From the NCBI GenBank assembly GCA_030429765.1, contig JAUIER010000018.1, positions 9,663 to 73,662 of the forward strand: a DNA stretch of 64,000 nucleotides. Reading direction: 5' to 3'. A program made the translations under genes and the position numbers. Below are positions 40,213-49,783 of this stretch, in pieces; position 1 is the stretch's first letter; every line of letters starts with the position of its first letter. A model generated the notes under the pieces. The model was not told where the DNA came from, did no database searches, and saw only the letters and a program-made list of their open reading frames with translations. This DNA is from a bacterium. Its GTDB lineage: Bacteria > Omnitrophota > Gorgyraeia > Zapsychrales > Zapsychraceae.

Positions 40213-41727
40213 TTACTGCAGGGATAATGATTGCAGTTTAACCCGTTGATGTTCGTGGTAAACCATTGTCCAGATAATTCCCAACATAATAATAGGAATG
40301 ATCATGGCAGTCATGTATTCCGACTTAAGCCCATCCGCTAGCGTGGCAATGGCCATACCGATTCCGCCAAATGGAGAAATTCCACCGAGAGTCTCCATAC
40401 CGAATTCCAGGTCCGTAAACATGATCACGCTAACCCAGGGAATAATGATCCAGGCGACACCAATGACCGTGACAAAAAATATCCGATTATTTCGCAGAGG
40501 ACTTAACCGAAAGTATTCAAGAAATCCGGCGAATATGGCAATGTACAAACTCGTCATTCCGATGGCCAAGACGGAACGTGCGATCGACTCCGTACCGATC
40601 AATGCATAGGGAATCACAAAAACACAGCCCATTAATATGTACATCAACAGTACAAAAACACTTGAGGCTCCATCCCCCATAATGTTTACACCTTGAATCA
40701 ATCCGGAACCGCGCAAGGCAAAAAATTTGGATAATTTGAAATAGCTGGGCACGCACGCCCCGCAAATCAAAAATCCAACAATCGCGTAGAATATGATGTA
40801 AAAGAATATGTCATCCCCGGGTTGATTGAATCGGCTATAACTGTGGCTACGAAACAGCGGATTAAAATTATGTTCGGCCACCAGAAATCCGGTGATACAG
40901 GCAAAGATATACCCGCAGAACACAAGAATATGTGTCTTGGACCAGACCGGACTATTGGGCTTTTGAAACACTCGACTCAGCCCCTGCAACAGAAGTACAA
41001 CAATGGGCATCTGGACGAGAATTTGTATCAGCAAATTCGGCAGTCTAAACCAATAAAAATATCCCAACGTGGGCAGGTCAACATCCTGAATCAAGTACAC
41101 TATCGCGTTCATGCCCAGCAAATATACTATCAGGGAAGAGTCAAACGCCTCCATCATCGCCAGGATGAACGGTCCGCCTAAAAAAATAATCAGCATCAAA
41201 ATACCAATGGCGCTTCCCCGGCTCTTTTTGGCCGACAGCATGGATAAAGAAAGTCCCACGGTGTGAAAAAACAGACCGGTCATGATGATCGATACATTCC
41301 ACAACAAAAAGTTGAACCATGGAACTTCAGCCATCCATACAAACGGAATCTGTATCAGCATCAGTCCGGCAAAGACCGCCCACTCCAACCAGGTACTCCC
41401 GAAAATTAAACCGAATATTTTTGTCCGGACCGACTCAGGCGAATTCCGATGAAAATCCAGCGTTCCGCTGATCTTCTCCCGTGATCCGATGTACGCCGCG
41501 CATAGAGTCCCCTGGACCAGAAATATCAGCGCCTGTATCACCACAAATACCGCCAGGTATGCGGCGGCCATCTCATCGGCCGCCCGTGAGAATTTCGATA
41601 CGATCGTGCACATCAAAAGCAGGATACTGGACAACACCACAAAAAAGCAAATCAGTTGCACGGGACGGGTCCGCTCATGCCAGCAGCTCAAAAATAACGC
41701 GTTGTTGCGAAGATTAAACGGATTCAT
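40213..41727 (-). CDS. Polytopic membrane protein partnered with ABC ATPase, module 2
   Basis: Start trimmed to MNPFNLRNN (ATGA overlap with the ATPase stop at 41724). At least ten TM helices. Confidence 0.6.
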   Translation of the reverse strand: MNPFNLRNNALFLSCWHERTRPVQLICFFVVLSSILLLMCTIVSKFSRAADEMAAAYLAVFVVIQALIFLVQGTLCAAYIGSREKISGTLDFHRNSPESVRTKIFGLIFGSTWLEWAVFAGLMLIQIPFVWMAEVPWFNFLLWNVSIIMTGLFFHTVGLSLSMLSAKKSRGSAIGILMLIIFLGGPFILAMMEAFDSSLIVYLLGMNAIVYLIQDVDLPTLGYFYWFRLPNLLIQILVQMPIVVLLLQGLSRVFQKPNSPVWSKTHILVFCGYIFACITGFLVAEHNFNPLFRSHSYSRFNQPGDDIFFYIIFYAIVGFLICGACVPSYFKLSKFFALRGSGLIQGVNIMGDGASSVFVLLMYILMGCVFVIPYALIGTESIARSVLAIGMTSLYIAIFAGFLEYFRLSPLRNNRIFFVTVIGVAWIIIPWVSVIMFTDLEFGMETLGGISPFGGIGMAIATLADGLKSEYMTAMIIPIIMLGIIWTMVYHEHQRVKLQSLSLQ

Positions 41728-42668
41728 GCGACCTCCTTTGCACCTAATTTCAGAAATATTTCTTCGATATCCTGACTTTTGATCATACACTCTGTCAAAA
41801 CAGCCCCGTTGGCTATCAGCTGTCCGAGAAACTGGGTCGCGTCGTGTTGGGACGAACCAAAATCCACGATGTGCCGGCTTCGATCACGAGTGATTCGACC
41901 GGGATCAATATTGCGCTGATGCGCCACCTGAGTAAGGATTTCCGATCCACGAATATCATCCTCAAACTGCACAATCACGCGATATACACCGCCCAACCGT
42001 TCACGGATCTCCGCGATGCTGCCGGCCACGATGAGCTTGCCTTTTTCTAAAATTATGACGGAGTCGACAAAATCAGCCAGCTCCGACAGGATGTGACTGG
42101 ATATCAGAATGGTCGCCCCCTCGTCACGTGCCTGTTTTAAGAGATCGCGCATCTGCATGCGCGCAATGGGATCCAGTCCACTGGCCGGTTCATCCAGTAA
42201 CAATATTTTAGGGTTTGTCTCCAGGATCTTGGCCAGGACCAGACGCTGTCGCATACCGCGCGATAGTCCTTTGATCAAGGCATCCGATTTGACATTGAGA
42301 TTAACCCGGTCAATCCATTTGCGCACATGGGCTGGTCGTTCACGTTCGTTTAATCCATAAGCGGCGGCAAAGACATCCAGATATTCCCAGACTTTTAAGC
42401 GCTCATACACCGGCGGAAAATCCGGCATGTACCCGACATGGCTCAAGGCCTTGTCTCTTTGTGTCTCAAGGTTAAATCCATCCAGGACAATTTGTCCCAG
42501 TTTGGGTTCAATGATTCCCGCCATGGCCTTGATGGTGGATGTCTTGCCCGCCCCATTCGGCCCGACAAATCCGTAAATCTTGCCGGCTTCGAGATTGAAC
42601 GAAACCCCCTGCACGGCCACGACCTCATCGTAATCCACTCTTAAGTTAGTGATTTCAGCAACATTCAT
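41724..42668 (-). CDS. ABC transporter ATP-binding protein, module 2 (with C-terminal extra domain)
   Basis: Walker A GPNGAGKTS, signature LSRGMRQR, Walker B LLLDEP. Start trimmed to MNVAEITNL with an AAGGGAG ribosome-binding site; the track start is a GTG inside a palindrome. Confidence 0.85.
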   Translation of the reverse strand: MNVAEITNLRVDYDEVVAVQGVSFNLEAGKIYGFVGPNGAGKTSTIKAMAGIIEPKLGQIVLDGFNLETQRDKALSHVGYMPDFPPVYERLKVWEYLDVFAAAYGLNERERPAHVRKWIDRVNLNVKSDALIKGLSRGMRQRLVLAKILETNPKILLLDEPASGLDPIARMQMRDLLKQARDEGATILISSHILSELADFVDSVIILEKGKLIVAGSIAEIRERLGGVYRVIVQFEDDIRGSEILTQVAHQRNIDPGRITRDRSRHIVDFGSSQHDATQFLGQLIANGAVLTECMIKSQDIEEIFLKLGAKEVA

Positions 42669-42687
42669 ATTTCGCTCCCTTGTTCGA

Positions 42688-42708
42688 TGTGCCGGAATTT
42701 CCGGCACA
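42688..42708. promoter_or_regulatory. Perfect 9-3-9 palindrome TGTGCCGGAatTTCCGGCACA in the 5' leader of the ABC array
   Basis: Direct reading. About 20 nt upstream of the AAGGGAG ribosome-binding site of ATPase 2. Confidence 0.45.
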
Positions 42709-42727
42709 AAACCATCAAATCTTCAAT

Positions 42728-42749
42728 GTGTATTACAATTATAATACAC
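42728..42749. promoter_or_regulatory. Perfect palindrome GTGTATTACAATTATAATACAC, candidate operator (GntR-type GT...AC)
   Basis: Direct reading. Lies in the 290-bp non-coding region upstream of the co-directional ABC-GntR-ABC array. Confidence 0.45.
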
Positions 42750-42997
42750 TAATACACCTTTGTCAATCGAATAGACCAAGTAAAATCGAAAAAGCCTCCG
42801 ATCGACTATTTGGTCTGGATATTATGTGAAAGAATATGCCTGGATCTAAAGAGATGGATGGATACAGGGACAGCTGTATAGACCATATTAAGGAAGTGCT
42901 GGCCTGAAGAAGTTTGCAGAACCATGGAACCCCAGGCACAATTAGCCCTTGTGTATGGGAACGTTGAATCTTACGGATATTCGTTGGGCCGTTCCAG

Positions 42998-43903
42998 TTA
43001 AGCGTTGCGCCTTCGGACGGCTAATCCAGCCAGACCCGTGGCAAATAGTATCATACTCGCCGGCTCCGGGATGGCGTTGATCTCGGTGACCTTGGCCCAG
43101 TCCACAAAATACAGGTATGTCTCATTGTCCGCGAGGTTGTCGACCGGCGATAAGGAAGGATCATAGGCCGGATTGAAGAAGAAATTCGGCACCCAGATGT
43201 TCAAGCGTAACCCCATCGGCACCGTCGGAATCTCATCCGTGGCCGAGGCCAGCAGCATGTCATTCACATACCACTGGATTTGATCATCAAACCAGTCGAT
43301 TCGCAATGTATGAAACTCCTCCACGTCCACGCCCGACGGCAGATTGACGAATTGGCCATTACCGGAAGAAGTCGGCGGTTCATCCTGAAAGCGATTGGTA
43401 AACAATTCGCCAGGCAACCGGGTGAGGTTTTCAAAATCGATTTCATCTTTATTATTTGCCGTACCGGTCAATCCAAAGGCAAACATCGATGTCACAATCC
43501 CGCCGGGAAGGTTTGGACCATTTTTGACACGCGCTTCAAAGCGGATCCCCCCTCCATTGGTCGGTTTCCATTCCTGGATGGTGTCCATCTCACTGCCCCA
43601 GAAATTTTGATTGAAGGAAAGGGCCGTCGGGTTATATCGATCCAGCCGAAGTTGAGCCACACCGTCTTCAACCTTTACGCCCGTCGGAATTCCCTCCACC
43701 TCACCGTCGGCGGGATTACGGATAGTGGTGCGGCCGAATGTTGCGGCATTTCCCACCGGCGAGGTCCACTGAGTCCGATCCACATCCGTGCCGTCCACCA
43801 GAAAATCGTCGAAAAATAAAACATTCGCGTCGGCCGGATACGCCGTCGTCAAGAATCCAACCATCATCAACGCCAACCCCAACATAGGCTTGCTCTGAAT
43901 CAT
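42998..43903 (-). CDS. GH16-family glycoside hydrolase domain protein with PEP-CTERM sorting signal
   Basis: Start trimmed to MIQSKPML with an AAGGAG ribosome-binding site. GH16 catalytic motif DEIDFE. C-terminal PEPASMILFATGLAGLAVRRR. Confidence 0.7.
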   Translation of the reverse strand: MIQSKPMLGLALMMVGFLTTAYPADANVLFFDDFLVDGTDVDRTQWTSPVGNAATFGRTTIRNPADGEVEGIPTGVKVEDGVAQLRLDRYNPTALSFNQNFWGSEMDTIQEWKPTNGGGIRFEARVKNGPNLPGGIVTSMFAFGLTGTANNKDEIDFENLTRLPGELFTNRFQDEPPTSSGNGQFVNLPSGVDVEEFHTLRIDWFDDQIQWYVNDMLLASATDEIPTVPMGLRLNIWVPNFFFNPAYDPSLSPVDNLADNETYLYFVDWAKVTEINAIPEPASMILFATGLAGLAVRRRNA

Positions 43904-43945
43904 TGCATCATCTCCTTTCAAAAAAACTCCCGTTGATAGCGGACC

Positions 43946-44323
43946 CTAGGCCGCCCGCGCGTGATCGCGCGTCATCAAATTGATGATCGAGAGAATGATT
44001 ACGGATAAATTTAACGAAAACGGATTGAACGCGTAGGTGTAGAGCTCAGGAAGAAAAATCAGGATCGCGATCGAGACCATCACCAGAAATCCGATGGCCA
44101 CAAAATTCAACAGGATATTGCGATAGAGTACGATAAAAAGGACCGCAAGGATCACTTCCATCCAACCGGATACCAATAGAGCGGTTGCTTCCGGCACCGC
44201 CGGCATCATGGTGCTGTTCATCAGCACCTCCTGCGGATGCTTGAACAATAATTTAGGAACCAGTCCGTGATAAAAAAAGATCGCCGCCAGGGTCCAGCGT
44301 GAAATATCATAGATTCGATGCAT
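43946..44323 (-). CDS. DoxX-like small membrane protein
   Basis: 125 aa with four TM helices. WTLAAIFFYHGLVPKL N-terminus typical of the DoxX-like family. Confidence 0.5.
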   Translation of the reverse strand: MHRIYDISRWTLAAIFFYHGLVPKLLFKHPQEVLMNSTMMPAVPEATALLVSGWMEVILAVLFIVLYRNILLNFVAIGFLVMVSIAILIFLPELYTYAFNPFSLNLSVIILSIINLMTRDHARAA

Positions 44324-44336
44324 TTTAAAAACCTTG

Positions 44337-44723
44337 TTATGGTTCGACCGGGACGTCCGGTCTGTTCAGCAAAATTCGCAACTCGTCACCACCGTATCCG
44401 TGCACGGAATCATGCGCACGGATGATCACTTCGTGGATCCCGTCGGGTATGGTCACTCCCTGAAGTGCCCGGGTAAACGGCTGTTCATCGACGTGAGGAT
44501 GCCACAATGTCCGCCGGGCGAGTACATTGCCATCAAGATCCAGCACCTCAAAGGCATCGGCATAATGCTCCCATCCCTCATCGGCATGTTCAACCGTCAC
44601 GATAAACGTACACGTCGTATCACACTCGGCCCGCGCCTGCAGCACCGACGCCGGGCCGGCTTGCGCAGGAATGGCCCATATCAGCCAACTGAAGATCAGA
44701 AATAATTTGGAAATAACGCGCAT
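44337..44723 (-). CDS. Secreted hypothetical protein (128 aa)
   Basis: Signal peptide LFLIFSWLIWAIPAQA. Confidence 0.5.
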   Translation of the reverse strand: MRVISKLFLIFSWLIWAIPAQAGPASVLQARAECDTTCTFIVTVEHADEGWEHYADAFEVLDLDGNVLARRTLWHPHVDEQPFTRALQGVTIPDGIHEVIIRAHDSVHGYGGDELRILLNRPDVPVEP

Positions 44724-44724
44724 C

Positions 44725-45729
44725 TTACTCCCGCGCCTGGATCATCCGGATCAATCGCGGATACACAGACGCTATATTTTGATTGGGTTGTTCGGGATCA
44801 ATCAGATCATGCCCCAGACCTTCTTCCACGTCGAACTCAAACTGCTCGACCGGATAACCGCTGGCGATCCATCGATCGACCACACCGGCCACACCCTCGG
44901 GACTCACCGCGTGATCGTTGCCATTGGTGACAACCAGAATAGATTCAGCTTTGGGACGTTGATCCTGACTCCATTGTAGCACAGTCCAGGCCAAACGTCT
45001 GATTTCTCCAAGCGCCCCGGATGGAAACCCTTGATACGTCCCGGTGGGTCGTTTGAGACCAGACCTTAACTCCTTGTCCCACCAGATAAAGCGATCCGCG
45101 CCGAGCATAAAATAATTGATCGACGCCTTAAAAAACATATTGTGGATGCGCGCGGTTCCAAAGATCGGCGCGATCAGCACTGCCCGGTCCACATCCGCCC
45201 GTGTCTGCGCGATCCATCCGGCCATCGCTCCGCCCATCGATAAACCGACCACGGTCACCCGCTTGCCCAGACCATGGGCGATATCAACCACTTCGTCGCT
45301 AAACCGTACGAGTTTCTCGGCCGTCATTTGATTGAGTTCCGAGCGCAATTGATCCTCGCGTCCGTGATGGGGGATCCGCGGGATGAAGACATTATAGCCT
45401 TGTTCAAAGAAGATCCGGCCCAACTGCTCAAACTGTCGCGGGCTGCTGGTAAAGCCATGCAGAAAGACAATCACCTCGTCGGTGCGATAGCCGTGATCCA
45501 TCACCAGCATGTGTCCAGTCGGGGACAGATCATCCGGCTCGGCCTGCTTGAGCGACTCGAGCCGGCGTTGGCTCTCCACATAAGTCTGGGCCGGCTGTGC
45601 GCGGGAAAATAATCCGTCGGTATTAATGGGTTTCAGAAAAACAAAGGCGATGATGCCCGTGACTAAAAGCACAATCACGAGGCAGATCATTTTGATAGCG
45701 CGGGTAAAGGCTTGATGAGTTCGTCCCAT
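44725..45729 (-). CDS. Alpha/beta-hydrolase fold protein
   Basis: VIVFLHGFTSS oxyanion region and nucleophile elbow GLSMGG. Confidence 0.75.
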   Translation of the reverse strand: MGRTHQAFTRAIKMICLVIVLLVTGIIAFVFLKPINTDGLFSRAQPAQTYVESQRRLESLKQAEPDDLSPTGHMLVMDHGYRTDEVIVFLHGFTSSPRQFEQLGRIFFEQGYNVFIPRIPHHGREDQLRSELNQMTAEKLVRFSDEVVDIAHGLGKRVTVVGLSMGGAMAGWIAQTRADVDRAVLIAPIFGTARIHNMFFKASINYFMLGADRFIWWDKELRSGLKRPTGTYQGFPSGALGEIRRLAWTVLQWSQDQRPKAESILVVTNGNDHAVSPEGVAGVVDRWIASGYPVEQFEFDVEEGLGHDLIDPEQPNQNIASVYPRLIRMIQARE

Positions 45730-45734
45730 ATGGT

Positions 45735-46181
45735 CTACGGCTTGGCCGGAAATTTTTGATCGGGCTCGGGCGGTGACAGCACAAAGATCAGCGCGATGGT
45801 GATCAGGATCGCAAAGCCCAGCACAAACAGGATCGGCTGCGCCCAGGTCAGCCAGCCGAAATCGATCGTGGCAATGCGCGGATCCTTGGCGTTATACAGG
45901 ACGACGACATCATCATCCATCTTGACCCGTTTAATAGTCAGCGGCATCATGTCTTCGGTGAGGACCTGCTCGCCTTCGAGCGAACGAAAGGACAGCGTCG
46001 GATACGATCCCAACTTGACATTGCGCTCAACGTGGGTCACCCGGCCGCTCACCCGCTTGCCATCGGCGTTCAAACTGATCAATTGATGCGAGCGGTACAC
46101 CGCCCCGCCGAGAAAGGCCAGGGCCAGCGCAAAACACGCGGCTACCCCAACCCAATCTATTCCACTTGACGATCGTTTCAT
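45735..46181 (-). CDS. DUF3592-like membrane protein
   Basis: Two TM helices flanking a beta-rich segment. Confidence 0.5.
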   Translation of the reverse strand: MKRSSSGIDWVGVAACFALALAFLGGAVYRSHQLISLNADGKRVSGRVTHVERNVKLGSYPTLSFRSLEGEQVLTEDMMPLTIKRVKMDDDVVVLYNAKDPRIATIDFGWLTWAQPILFVLGFAILITIALIFVLSPPEPDQKFPAKP

Positions 46182-46209
46182 AATCTAAAAGACTTCGATA
46201 TATTTATAG

Positions 46210-46773
46210 CTATTGCCGCGCTGGACGCAGCTGCTGTAATTGTTCCTGCAGCTGCCGCCGGAATTTCTGCTGCTCGGCCGCGTACGATTGTTTGAGGGCC
46301 GATCGCTCCTCGTCGCTCGTTGCTGCCTGGAGTTTTTCGGCATAAATTCGTGAACGCTCGGCTTCGGCCCGCATATGCGCCATCGACAGGGCCTGAAACC
46401 GCTCGGCAGGCGCAACGGATACCTGGGCTTTGATTGAATCCCGCGGATTTCGCTTGTCATCCATGTCCGGCTCGACCCGAACGATCGAATGACCGGACGA
46501 TGAAGATTCATCACGTATGATTTCGGCATCACGCTCTTGACGCTGCAACGCGGTCTGCCGTCGCGCCTGCAATTGCCGCGCCCGTCGCTGTTCGATATCC
46601 CGAAATCTCTGCAGGGCTTCTCGTTCAACCTCTGTAGGCTCCACGCGCAGATCCTCGGACGATCGAATGACATCCTGGACCAATGAATCCGCCCGCGCGA
46701 AACCCGGACCAACGGTCAAGAGTCCAAGCCCGCAAACAATAATTTTTGACCAATTTCTGACGTGTTTTTGCAT
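46210..46773 (-). CDS. Secreted Arg/Gln-rich coiled-coil protein, hypothetical
   Basis: Signal peptide, then RQ-rich helical repeats. Confidence 0.5.
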   Translation of the reverse strand: MQKHVRNWSKIIVCGLGLLTVGPGFARADSLVQDVIRSSEDLRVEPTEVEREALQRFRDIEQRRARQLQARRQTALQRQERDAEIIRDESSSSGHSIVRVEPDMDDKRNPRDSIKAQVSVAPAERFQALSMAHMRAEAERSRIYAEKLQAATSDEERSALKQSYAAEQQKFRRQLQEQLQQLRPARQ

Positions 46774-46889
46774 AGAATTAAATTTGAATGGAACGCGGTA
46801 TTATAAACGGAATTTGGATGCGTGTGAAGCGGATTTCCTAGAACCTCACGGTCAAAACGCTGATATGTGTCATTTGCCTCCTCCTCGGA

Positions 46890-47582
46890 TTACCGCCGTC
46901 CGGGCTCATCCGGATATAGCTCGGTGGCCAGATCCGACTGCCAAAACGCCTTGGACTCCACGTCCATGATCGTCAATTTACCGCTCCAGCCGGCCCCGGT
47001 ATCAATCGCCCAGACATTACAGACGTGCAGCGGTTCAAGGCTGTCAAAGGCCTGTGTGGTGGTGTGCCCAATGAAAATATCCGTATATGGACCGAACGAG
47101 TAGCTTCGATCAACGGTGTGCTGATGCGCGGCGTTGATAAACAGATCGCGGTCCCAGGTGAACGTGTCCAGACTTTGCTGCTCCAGCGGCTGACGCGGTT
47201 TGAATCCGCCATGCACAAACAGACGATTATCCTCGAGTATGTATGAATTAGAATCGGCGAGAAAGTTGATGTGCACCTGCGGCATCCCCTCAGAACCGTA
47301 CGAGCGAACCGTCCCTTCACCGCCCAGCTTGAGCCAATCGTCGCGCATCACGCCATGCCGCGCCCATTCAAGCGCCCAGACATCGTGATTGCCGATCACA
47401 AAATCACAATTTGGCAGACTGATCAACGCGTCCACACACTCACGCACCTGCGGGTAGCCGTCACACACGTCACCCAGCACGATCAGCCGGTCGTGCTCAG
47501 GCCGAAACGGACTGCGCTCAAAACACTGCATCAACGCTGGATAATTGCCGTGAATGTCTCCAATGACATACTGTCTGGACAT
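46890..47582 (-). CDS. Metallophosphoesterase (PPP-family Ser/Thr phosphatase / ApaH-like)
   Basis: Start trimmed to MSRQYVIGDIHG. Motifs GDIHG, GDVCDG and GNHD. Confidence 0.75.
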   Translation of the reverse strand: MSRQYVIGDIHGNYPALMQCFERSPFRPEHDRLIVLGDVCDGYPQVRECVDALISLPNCDFVIGNHDVWALEWARHGVMRDDWLKLGGEGTVRSYGSEGMPQVHINFLADSNSYILEDNRLFVHGGFKPRQPLEQQSLDTFTWDRDLFINAAHQHTVDRSYSFGPYTDIFIGHTTTQAFDSLEPLHVCNVWAIDTGAGWSGKLTIMDVESKAFWQSDLATELYPDEPGRR

Positions 47583-47613
47583 GATATCCGTGGTTCTATG
47601 AAAAATAAATGAA

Positions 47614-47847
47614 TTAAGAATGACCGGCAATCAACCGGAATCGCGGGACCGTCTTACCGTCGACCTCGACCTCTTCCTGAAACATCTCCAGCGGCCGGAC
47701 CCAGACCGTCCCTTCCGGATGCGCCGAGGCATAAAGTTGCTTGTAGACCACCAGCGCGTCCATGGTCTCGCTGTGATAGGCCACGTCAATGACCTCATAA
47801 TTGTTGCCTTTGTAATGTTGATAAATCCCGGGCTGCAGCTTGGTCAT
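47614..47847 (-). CDS. DUF1653 domain protein
   Basis: YQHYKGNNYEV motif. 77 aa. Confidence 0.6.
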   Translation of the reverse strand: MTKLQPGIYQHYKGNNYEVIDVAYHSETMDALVVYKQLYASAHPEGTVWVRPLEMFQEEVEVDGKTVPRFRLIAGHS

Positions 47848-47871
47848 CCTGTCATCCTTTGGTTACGTGGA

Positions 47872-48363
47872 TCAATTGTCGTCTTCCAACCCCCGGTGCT
47901 CGAGGCTTTCGGGGATTTCACGGTCGCCGTAAAACAGCAGCAGGTTGACGATCTCACGATGCAGGCCATACTCGACGTGTTTGATCTGAACCGAGTTGGC
48001 CTTATGAATATCATTTAGCAAAGCGGAAACACTCTGAATGCGGTCCTGCACACCGCCGCCTTTGACAAAATAAAAGTAATATTTACCGTCGATCAAGAGG
48101 CTGATACTGCCCTGGGCGTGATTGATCGACACCAGATCGATATCATCAATGGGAATCTCAAAGAACTCGGCCTCCACGAAACCGCTGGACCGTTTGGACT
48201 CCATCACCGAGGCATCGGCCAGCTGCACGGCTTCGTAGCCATGTTGCGGTGTGTTCATGGTCGTTATGCGCGCGGGAAGGCAGCCCGCCACCATTGTGCC
48301 CAGCATCAACAGCAAACTCAAACGTATGCTCAATGGTATAGGGTCAAAGGTTGAGTCGTTCAT
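47872..48363 (-). CDS. Lipoprotein, hypothetical
   Basis: Lipobox MVAGC. 163 aa. Confidence 0.5.
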   Translation of the reverse strand: MNDSTFDPIPLSIRLSLLLMLGTMVAGCLPARITTMNTPQHGYEAVQLADASVMESKRSSGFVEAEFFEIPIDDIDLVSINHAQGSISLLIDGKYYFYFVKGGGVQDRIQSVSALLNDIHKANSVQIKHVEYGLHREIVNLLLFYGDREIPESLEHRGLEDDN

Positions 48364-48498
48364 TGTTTCCTCCTTCAGATTCCATTAATGAATTGGACCC
48401 GATCGCGCCATCGGATCACCGGACTTCGGCGGGAATTGCCACACAGATGAAACGTCATAACCAAAGTCCAAGGATTATATCACGATCACCACAAAAGT

Positions 48499-48636
48499 AA
48501 AAAATTAGTGTCAGAACTCCGCAAACATATTTATTCCATACACTTAAGCATTAATTCTCTTTTAGCGTTTAGAATTATTAACGGCGTATGAGTTACTGAA
48601 GTAAAAATACTTAGGGAGTTCTGACACCAATTATTT
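48499..48636. mobile_element. MITE-like element, copy A (about 138 bp) with 22-bp terminal inverted repeats
   Basis: Left end aaaaaattaGTGTCAGAACTCC and right end GGAGTTCTGACACCAATTATTT are inverted complements flanking an AT-rich core. The right end overlaps the ankyrin gene stop codon. Confidence 0.55.
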
Positions 48637-49764
48637 AAGTATGGCGATGATCCGTTCAAAATTTTTGGGATCGACATATTTGTAGTCGCGGAATTCACCG
48701 GCCAGGCCTGCCTTGGCATCCTCTAGAAAATAGTCATGAAGCTCACATCCTTGTTCGACCAATCGCTCCGCCATGTCCGCTGATCCGGCCACGATCGCCC
48801 AGCCCATCGGCGTGTTGTTGTGAATCTCACCCGACCGCTGTTCAATATCCGCTCCCCGTTGAATGAGCGCGTCAGCCGCATCAACCGTATTATTCCAGGC
48901 CGCTGTATGCAGCGCCGTTGACGCGTCATACGCCCCGGTGACGTTGACATCCAGCCCCTGATCGAGCAAAAAATGGATCATGTCGATCTGCCGACCACTG
49001 GCGGCTGTATGCAGCAAGGTGGCTTCGTACCCTACCGTGAAGCTCAGTATGTTATGCGCGTCGCCATCCGCCCCACCGGGAAACTGATCCGGGCTGATCC
49101 GCTGATGCAGCCAATCGGGATGCTCGACCAACATAGCCTCTACCGTGGTGCGATCTCCACACAGCACCGCGGTGAAGATATCAACCTGCGCGCCGCGACG
49201 AATCAAGTGACGGGAAATCACGGGATCGCGGGCGGCAATCCATTGAACGGCCGTGCTGTAATGATCAATATCCCGAGCATTGATATCCGCCCCCCGCTCC
49301 AGCAGCAAATCAACCGCGTCCGTGGAACTCACGAAATGAAGCGGAAGACATCCATCCCCGCCGCGTTGATGCACCAACTCCGGGTTGACGTCTAGCAACT
49401 GCTTGATTTGATCCAGGTCTGCGGTAGCGGCTGCCAAGTGGATATCCATCTCGACGCCCTGTTGGATCAAATAGTCAAATATCCCGTTGTCACGATACTG
49501 ATGGGCCAATAAGGCCGGCGACCAGGGACCGGGCGCCCAATCGCTTTTTTGATTCACGTCCGCCCCCAACTCCATCAGCAGCTCAATCATCGGTAAATTC
49601 CCGCGATGTCCGGCCGCGAGATTCAGACATGTCCCGCCAAATTCATCGTAATCAATCGCGGTTAGCAGCGACGAATCCTGACGTCCCAGCTGACGAACCG
49701 TCTGCAAATCCCCCGTCTTGATCGCACCGAAAAATTTCTTTTGAATATCTGAAACTTGATTCAT
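48631..49764 (-). CDS. Ankyrin-repeat protein
   Basis: Multiple 33-aa ANK repeats (e.g. TALHTAAWNNTVDAADALIQRGADIEQ). Start could be 49764 (MNQVSD) or the track start 49809. Confidence 0.7.
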   Translation of the reverse strand: MNQVSDIQKKFFGAIKTGDLQTVRQLGRQDSSLLTAIDYDEFGGTCLNLAAGHRGNLPMIELLMELGADVNQKSDWAPGPWSPALLAHQYRDNGIFDYLIQQGVEMDIHLAAATADLDQIKQLLDVNPELVHQRGGDGCLPLHFVSSTDAVDLLLERGADINARDIDHYSTAVQWIAARDPVISRHLIRRGAQVDIFTAVLCGDRTTVEAMLVEHPDWLHQRISPDQFPGGADGDAHNILSFTVGYEATLLHTAASGRQIDMIHFLLDQGLDVNVTGAYDASTALHTAAWNNTVDAADALIQRGADIEQRSGEIHNNTPMGWAIVAGSADMAERLVEQGCELHDYFLEDAKAGLAGEFRDYKYVDPKNFERIIAILK

Positions 49765-49783
49765 AGGAAAATTCTCATCTTGA

